From IMG/VR virus record IMGVR_UViG_3300018486_000204: a stretch of 4,190 bases of DNA; one strand, 5' to 3'. This document shows positions 1 to 4,190 of this stretch, in pieces. Position 1 is the stretch's first letter. Each line of letters starts with the position of its first letter. The notes beneath the pieces were generated by a model, which saw nothing but the letters and a program-made list of their open reading frames with translations, ran no database searches and had not been told where the DNA came from. Both the position numbers and the translations under genes were made by a program. Origin of the DNA: a virus. Its lineage: Duplodnaviria > Heunggongvirae > Uroviricota > Caudoviricetes.

Positions 1-6
1 ATTCAT
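1..6 (-). CDS. rmlD: Start of the next O-antigen gene, probably dTDP-4-dehydrorhamnose reductase (rmlD/rfbD); only ATG AAT (Met-Asn) lies inside the window
   Basis: Minus-strand sequence at the rmlB stop reads TAATGAAT, so an ATG (plus 4..6) overlaps the rmlB TAA (plus 6..8) in the classic TAATG coupling arrangement. An rmlBDAC gene order is usual in E. coli O-antigen clusters, and RmlD begins Met-Asn as I recall. Two codons cannot confirm identity. Confidence 0.35.
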
Positions 7-1091
7 TACTGGCGGCCCTCATAGTTCTGTTCAATCCACGATTGATAGGCACCACTTTTCACATTATCAACCCATTTTGTATTGGACAGGTACCATTCCA
101 CTGTCTTCCGAATCCCGCTCTCAAACGTTTCCTGCGGTTTCCAGCCCAATTCGCGGCTAATCTTCTCTGCATCAATCGCATAACGGCGATCGTGTCCCGG
201 GCGATCGGCAACATAAGTAATTTGCTCGCGGTAAGATTTCTCTTTCGGTACAATCTCATCCAGCAAATCACAAATAGTGAGCACTACATCGATGTTTTTC
301 TTTTCGTTGTGTCCACCAATGTTATAAGTTTCACCCGCTTTACCTTCGGTTACGACGGTATATAACGCACGCGCATGATCTTCAACATACAGCCAGTCAC
401 GAATTTGATCCCCTTTGCCATAAATAGGTAATGCCTTACCTTCCAGAGCATTGAGAATAACCAATGGAATCAATTTTTCCGGGAAATGATAAGGACCATA
501 ATTGTTAGAGCAATTAGTCACAATGGTTGGTAAACCATAGGTACGTTTCCACGCGCGGACTAAATGATCGCTGGATGCTTTTGAAGCGGAATAAGGGCTG
601 CTTGGCGCGTAAGCTGTTGTCTCTGTAAATAAGGGTAATTCTTCTGTATTATTTACCTCGTCAGGATGAGGCAAATCACCATAGACTTCGTCAGTAGAAA
701 TATGATGAAAACGGAAGCTAGTTTTCTTGTCGCTATCAAGAGCAGACCAATAATTGCGAGCGGCTTCCAAAAGGACATATGTACCAACAATATTGGTTTC
801 AATAAATGCCGCAGGACCTGTAATTGAACGGTCAACATGGCTTTCAGCAGCCAGGTGCATCACTGCATCTGGCTGATGCTGAGCAAAAATCCGTGCCATT
901 GCAGCTGCATCGCAAATATCCGCATGTTCAAAAACATAGCGTTCGGAATCAGAAACATCTGCAAGTGATTCCAGGTTTCCGGCGTACGTTAATTTATCAA
1001 CATTAACAACACTATCCTGCGTATTATTTATAATGTGACGAACTACAGCAGAACCAATAAATCCTGCGCCACCAGTAACAAGTATTTTCAC
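6..1091 (-). CDS. rmlB: dTDP-glucose 4,6-dehydratase (RmlB/RfbB), extended SDR family
   Basis: 361-aa ORF with N-terminal Rossmann motif GGAGFIGS and catalytic Y-x-x-x-K (YSASK). Near-identical over its full length to E. coli RfbB as I recall it. Uses a GTG start (plus 1089..1091 = cac) and a TAA stop at 6..8. Sits immediately downstream of galF and JUMPstart, the canonical first position of the O-antigen operon. Confidence 0.96.
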   Translation of the reverse strand: MKILVTGGAGFIGSAVVRHIINNTQDSVVNVDKLTYAGNLESLADVSDSERYVFEHADICDAAAMARIFAQHQPDAVMHLAAESHVDRSITGPAAFIETNIVGTYVLLEAARNYWSALDSDKKTSFRFHHISTDEVYGDLPHPDEVNNTEELPLFTETTAYAPSSPYSASKASSDHLVRAWKRTYGLPTIVTNCSNNYGPYHFPEKLIPLVILNALEGKALPIYGKGDQIRDWLYVEDHARALYTVVTEGKAGETYNIGGHNEKKNIDVVLTICDLLDEIVPKEKSYREQITYVADRPGHDRRYAIDAEKISRELGWKPQETFESGIRKTVEWYLSNTKWVDNVKSGAYQSWIEQNYEGRQ

Positions 1092-1166
1092 TTAATTTAT
1101 TCCATATTACTTCAGAGCATGCTGTGAAATAAGCGGCTCTCAGTTTGATTAATAGAGGTATTAATG

Positions 1167-1178
1167 CACGCTACCGCC
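1167..1178 (-). promoter_or_regulatory. ops element (operon polarity suppressor), recruitment site for the antiterminator RfaH
   Basis: Minus strand reads 5'-GGCGGTAGCGTG-3' (plus strand cacgctaccgcc), an exact match to the canonical 12-nt ops sequence, in the untranslated leader about 75 nt upstream of the rmlB start. Confidence 0.9.
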
Positions 1179-1205
1179 CCTGGCTTTACAGCTACCAGAG
1201 CACTG
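1167..1205 (-). promoter_or_regulatory. JUMPstart 39-bp conserved element upstream of a polysaccharide gene cluster (contains ops at its 3' end)
   Basis: Minus strand 5'-CAGTGCTCTGGTAGCTGTAAAGCCAGGGGCGGTAGCGTG-3' matches the JUMPstart consensus found upstream of rfb, cps and kps clusters, as I recall it. Position between galF and the first O-antigen gene is the expected one. Confidence 0.88.
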
Positions 1206-1463
1206 CATGCATGTCTACGATGTGACGAGCGTTACCCACTCGCGCTAAACCCGAAAAATTCAAACGCTAATTGTCTTACCAATCCGCTCTGGAAACAAGG
1301 AAAATCCTGGAAAACTTTGACTAAAATCCTATTGCTAACTCGTTGTTATTCTGATTGTTTATATAAAACAACGGCAGGAATATTCGCAGCAAATTACTTT
1401 CGCCACGAATCTTCACTGCCGTTATAATTTTCTTATCAACCGTTACATCCGGTCAGATTTTCA
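1206..1463 (-). promoter_or_regulatory. Leader region expected to contain the O-antigen operon promoter (exact -35/-10 not resolved)
   Basis: 258 bp of non-coding sequence between the galF stop and JUMPstart. An AT-rich tract with TATA-like hexamers lies around 1351..1374 (minus strand ...TTGTTTTATATAAACAATCAG...). By established knowledge the rfb promoter lies upstream of JUMPstart, but I could not assign a convincing sigma70 -35/-10 pair by eye. Confidence 0.4.
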
Positions 1464-2357
1464 TTATTCGCTTAACAGCTTCTCAATCCCTTTACGGAAC
1501 TTCGCCCCTTCTTTTAGGTTACGCAGTCCATACTTCACAAACGCCTGCATATAGCCCATTTTTTTACCGCAGTCGTAGCTGTCGCCGGTCATCAGCATGG
1601 CATCAACGGACTGTTTTTTCGCCAGTTCAGCAATGGCATCAGTCAGCTGAATACGTCCCCATGCACCAGGCTGCGTACGTTCAAGTTCCGGCCAAATATC
1701 GGCAGAAAGCACATAGCGACCAACGGCCATGATGTCTGAGTCCAGCGTCTGCGGCTGATCCGGTTTTTCGATAAATTCAACAATGCGGCTGACTTTACCT
1801 TCGCGATCCAGTGGTTCTTTGGTCTGGATGACGGAGTATTCAGAGAGGTCACCCGGCATACGTTTTGCCAGCACCTGGCTGCGTCCCGTTTCATTGAAGC
1901 GCGCAATCATGGCAGCAAGGTTGTAACGCAACGGGTCGGCGCTGGCATCATCGATAACAACGTCCGGCAGCACCACGACAAATGGGTTGTCGCCAATGGC
2001 GGGGCGTGCACACAAAATGGAGTGGCCTAAACCTAAAGGTTCACCCTGACGCACGTTCATAATGGTCACGCCCGGCGGACAGATAGATTGTACTTCCGCC
2101 AACAGTTGACGCTTCACGCGCTGCTCAAGGAGAGATTCTAATTCATAAGAGGTGTCGAAGTGGTTTTCGACCGCGTTCTTGGACGCGTGAGTTACCAGGA
2201 GGATTTCTTTGACCCCTGCAGCCACAATCTCGTCAACAATGTACTGAATCATTGGCTTGTCGACGATCGGTAGCATCTCTTTGGGAATCGCCTTAGTAGC
2301 AGGCAACATATGCATCCCAAGACCTGCTACCGGTATAACTGCTTTTAAATTCGTCAT
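1464..2357 (-). CDS. galF: GalF, UTP-glucose-1-phosphate uridylyltransferase paralogue (GalU-like, regulatory/low-activity subunit)
   Basis: 297-aa [47 protein letters not shown]..., matching E. coli GalF essentially throughout as I recall it, with the nucleotidyltransferase N-terminal G-rich motif. ATG start at 2355..2357 preceded by an AGGTAGGA-like ribosome-binding site. Conserved position between the colanic-acid and O-antigen clusters. Confidence 0.96.
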   Translation of the reverse strand: MTNLKAVIPVAGLGMHMLPATKAIPKEMLPIVDKPMIQYIVDEIVAAGVKEILLVTHASKNAVENHFDTSYELESLLEQRVKRQLLAEVQSICPPGVTIMNVRQGEPLGLGHSILCARPAIGDNPFVVVLPDVVIDDASADPLRYNLAAMIARFNETGRSQVLAKRMPGDLSEYSVIQTKEPLDREGKVSRIVEFIEKPDQPQTLDSDIMAVGRYVLSADIWPELERTQPGAWGRIQLTDAIAELAKKQSVDAMLMTGDSYDCGKKMGYMQAFVKYGLRNLKEGAKFRKGIEKLLSE

Positions 2358-2497
2358 TATTTTCCTACCTCTAAGTGGCTGATAGTGCGTAAATTATTGC
2401 CATAGGTTAGCCAAGCGTTATGGCTATATAGCAAAGCTTAGTGCCGCATAACTTTGATTAAACCTTACGATAACACTACACACCATCAGCATCTGGG

Positions 2498-2558
2498 TTA
2501 CTCGGATTACTCGGAAATCCACATACTGATAATTTAATCAGTACCTCTTTCCGAATAA
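2498..2558. repeat. Composite repeat block in the gne-galF spacer: 9-bp tandem direct repeat, 7-bp perfect inverted repeat, and an inverted 8/9 copy of the 9-mer
   Basis: Read directly from the sequence: ttactcgga at 2498..2506 and again at 2507..2515; palindrome TACTGAT-aattta-ATCAGTA at 2524..2543; tccgaataa at 2550..2558, whose reverse complement ttattcgga matches the 9-mer at 8 of 9 positions. Spacers of 8 and 6 bp give a near-symmetric layout. Confidence 0.6.
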
Positions 2559-2599
2559 TCGTAGCCCAACCTGGCCCTTTTTTCTCTGACTCGTCTGCA

Positions 2600-3595
2600 T
2601 TACTCAGAAACAAACGTTATGTCGTCTTTTTTGGCATGAACGAATTCATACTGCAGAGTTCGATCCAGACCTTGCGACAGCGTATACGGTGCCACAAAAC
2701 CTGAAGAATGCACTTTCGTTGCGTCAAACTGTGTTGTTGCGCAGAATTTTTTCACGCGCACAGAGCTGACAGCGTATTTTTTGCCCGTAATTTTGCTCAG
2801 GATATCAAAGCAATATCCACCCAGCATTCCTAGTGGATAAGGCAAGTGCATAGAAGGGATCTTTTTGTTCAGACTTTGTTCAACTTCAGCAACCAACTGG
2901 TTCATGTTCAGGTCTGGCTTATCAACGTAGTTATAAACCTCGTAACCTGCGGCAACATTCTTCAGTTTGTACTTGATAAACTCAACAATGTTTCCAACAT
3001 AAGCCATGGACTTATAGTTAGTCCCTGCGCCCACCATCATAAACTTGCCGCCAGCGATCTGTTTCAGCAAGTTATAGACGTTACCGCGGTTGCGTTCACC
3101 GAAGATAACGGTAGGACGGATGATGGTTAATGAACGTTCTGTTGGTGCTTTGTTATACCATTCACGCAGCACTTCCTCTGCCTGCCACTTACTTTTGCCG
3201 TAGTGGTTGAAAGGATCGTGTGGATGGTTTTCGTCAGGGTTGTGTTTGTTCAAACCATAAACAGCAACGGAACTGGTAAAGATGATATTTTTAACGCCAT
3301 TTTTTTCCATGGCCGCCAGCACATTGCGGGTACCCTGAACGTTGACATCATAATAGAGAGAAGTAGGGCTGACGTCATCGCGGTGTTCCGCTGCCAGTAG
3401 TACAACAGTGTCAAAACCGGCTAACGCCTGGTCGAGTGCCTGTTGATCACGAACATCGCCAATCTGTGTGATTTCTGGATAAAAGTGGCTCTGCTGTTTG
3501 TCCAGGTTCTTGATATTAAAGTCAGCAATTGCCGTTTCAAGTAGTCGGGTTCCTACGAATCCGGAAGCTCCTATGAGCAAAACGTTATCGTTCAT
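2600..3595 (-). CDS. gne: Gne, NAD-dependent UDP-N-acetylglucosamine 4-epimerase (GalE-like extended SDR)
   Basis: 331-aa ORF with N-terminal Rossmann motif GASGFVG (plus 3551..3571) and catalytic Y-x-x-x-K (YGKSK). Matches my recollection of the Gne protein (Z3206 in E. coli O157) found between wcaM and galF in serogroups whose O-antigen contains GalNAc. ATG start at 3593..3595, TAA stop at 2600..2602. Confidence 0.88.
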   Translation of the reverse strand: MNDNVLLIGASGFVGTRLLETAIADFNIKNLDKQQSHFYPEITQIGDVRDQQALDQALAGFDTVVLLAAEHRDDVSPTSLYYDVNVQGTRNVLAAMEKNGVKNIIFTSSVAVYGLNKHNPDENHPHDPFNHYGKSKWQAEEVLREWYNKAPTERSLTIIRPTVIFGERNRGNVYNLLKQIAGGKFMMVGAGTNYKSMAYVGNIVEFIKYKLKNVAAGYEVYNYVDKPDLNMNQLVAEVEQSLNKKIPSMHLPYPLGMLGGYCFDILSKITGKKYAVSSVRVKKFCATTQFDATKVHSSGFVAPYTLSQGLDRTLQYEFVHAKKDDITFVSE

Positions 3596-3752
3596 AAATC
3601 ACTTTAGTCTGGTTGTTACATAAGAAACACAAGATAAAGATGAGTACCTTCCCTGAGTAGTCAATGCTGCCCAGCCCCAGCTTTAACAGTTAGTGTGAGG
3701 ATTATAATCTTTTAGAACATTATATCCAGTAAGTTTATGAATGGTCGCAAAT

Positions 3753-4190
3753 CTACTCCCTCCGTTCCGGCAATCTAAAGTTAATCTTTTCCACATTAAC
3801 AATATGGTGATTAATCCTGTCGATATCGACGGAGCTTTGCCCTCTTTCATTCACCGCATGAACATTTGCAAGTGACAGCAGTGTTTCTTTTTTCGCCATA
3901 AAGACGCCGCGAACGTCTTTGCGCATGTCGAAGTTCATGCTCAATGCTGATCCAACTGAGGATTCCTGCATCACATTGATATTACGCATAAAAAGATGTT
4001 GCGGTTTGTTGTGTAACTCCAGCGACGCACGCTTCATCTCAATGTTAGTCAGCGCCACAAAGGAGACGGCATTCCCGGCGGAGATTTGGATACCGCGCAA
4101 TTTATAAGCAAGATGGGTGTTATCCAGTTGAATATTATTCACTCGGAAATTTTGCGGTATCGAGAGATATTTGCCTTTAATTACCCCATA
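3753..4190 (-). CDS. wcaM: C-terminal portion of colanic acid biosynthesis protein WcaM (5' end lies beyond the window)
   Basis: The minus-strand reading frame stays open from the window edge (4190) to a TAG stop at 3753..3755. The ORF track's start at 4142 is only an internal GTG codon, and the upstream in-frame codons translate without a stop (…[23 protein letters not shown]…). Called mainly from synteny: wcaM is the last colanic-acid gene directly upstream of gne/galF in E. coli. I cannot verify the sequence from memory. Confidence 0.62.
   Translation of the reverse strand, partial: YGVIKGKYLSIPQNFRVNNIQLDNTHLAYKLRGIQISAGNAVSFVALTNIEMKRASLELHNKPQHLFMRNINVMQESSVGSALSMNFDMRKDVRGVFMAKKETLLSLANVHAVNERGQSSVDIDRINHHIVNVEKINFRLPERRE

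Noticed and set aside
42-1006. Plus-strand ORFs of 60 to 107 aa (42..365, 824..1006) and minus-strand ORFs in other frames (59..271, 653..838) inside rmlB
   Set aside because: All are fully embedded in the confidently identified rmlB coding region, either antisense or out of frame. Typical shadow ORFs.
1164-1427. 87-aa plus-strand ORF spanning JUMPstart and the rfb leader
   Set aside because: It lies antisense to the operon leader and overlaps the conserved JUMPstart/ops element, has no recognisable ribosome-binding site, and its low-complexity product has no recognisable domain. Most likely a chance ORF in non-coding DNA.
1643-1906. 87-aa minus-strand ORF in an alternative frame inside galF
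   Set aside because: Out-of-frame overlap with galF, which is supported over its entire length. No independent start signal.
2562-2590. Plus-strand terminator-like motif (gcccaacctggccc followed by tttttt)
   Set aside because: The stem is only about 3 bp and there is no plus-strand gene upstream for it to terminate. On the transcribed minus strand it reads as an A-run, so it cannot act as an intrinsic terminator for gne.
2846-3400. Plus-strand ORFs (2846..3130, 3203..3400) antisense to gne
   Set aside because: Embedded antisense within gne, with no ribosome-binding site or domain signature. Shadow ORFs.
3655-3685. Possible hairpin (GCTG...CAGC) in the wcaM-gne spacer as the colanic-acid operon terminator
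   Set aside because: Short 4-bp stem with a G-rich loop and no following T-tract on the minus strand. Too weak to call.
3919-4107. 62-aa plus-strand ORF antisense to the wcaM fragment
   Set aside because: Embedded antisense in the wcaM reading frame, which remains open to the window edge. No supporting signals.
1-4190. Search for CRISPR repeats, tRNA/rRNA genes, IS elements or integrase remnants
   Set aside because: There are no arrays of regularly spaced direct repeats, no tRNA-like sequence, and no transposase- or integrase-like ORFs. The only repeats are the short spacer motifs reported at 2498..2558.

Overview
This window is the well-known enterobacterial (Escherichia coli / Shigella-type) junction between the colanic-acid cluster and the O-antigen cluster, with every gene on the minus strand. 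Reading in the direction of transcription (high to low coordinates): the 3' end of a wcaM-like gene (3753..4190, 5' end off-window), gne (2600..3595), galF (1464..2357), a 372-bp leader containing the 39-bp JUMPstart element with its ops site (1167..1205), rmlB/rfbB (6..1091), and the first two codons of the next gene, probably rmlD (4..6, overlapping the rmlB stop). I found no CRISPR array, tRNA/rRNA or mobile element, and I do not see evidence of a novel system. The points worth a second look are the accessory gne insertion, the structured repeat-and-palindrome block in the gne-galF spacer, and the unmapped promoter in the rfb leader. Identifications rest on my recollection of protein sequences, family motifs and synteny; no database search was possible.
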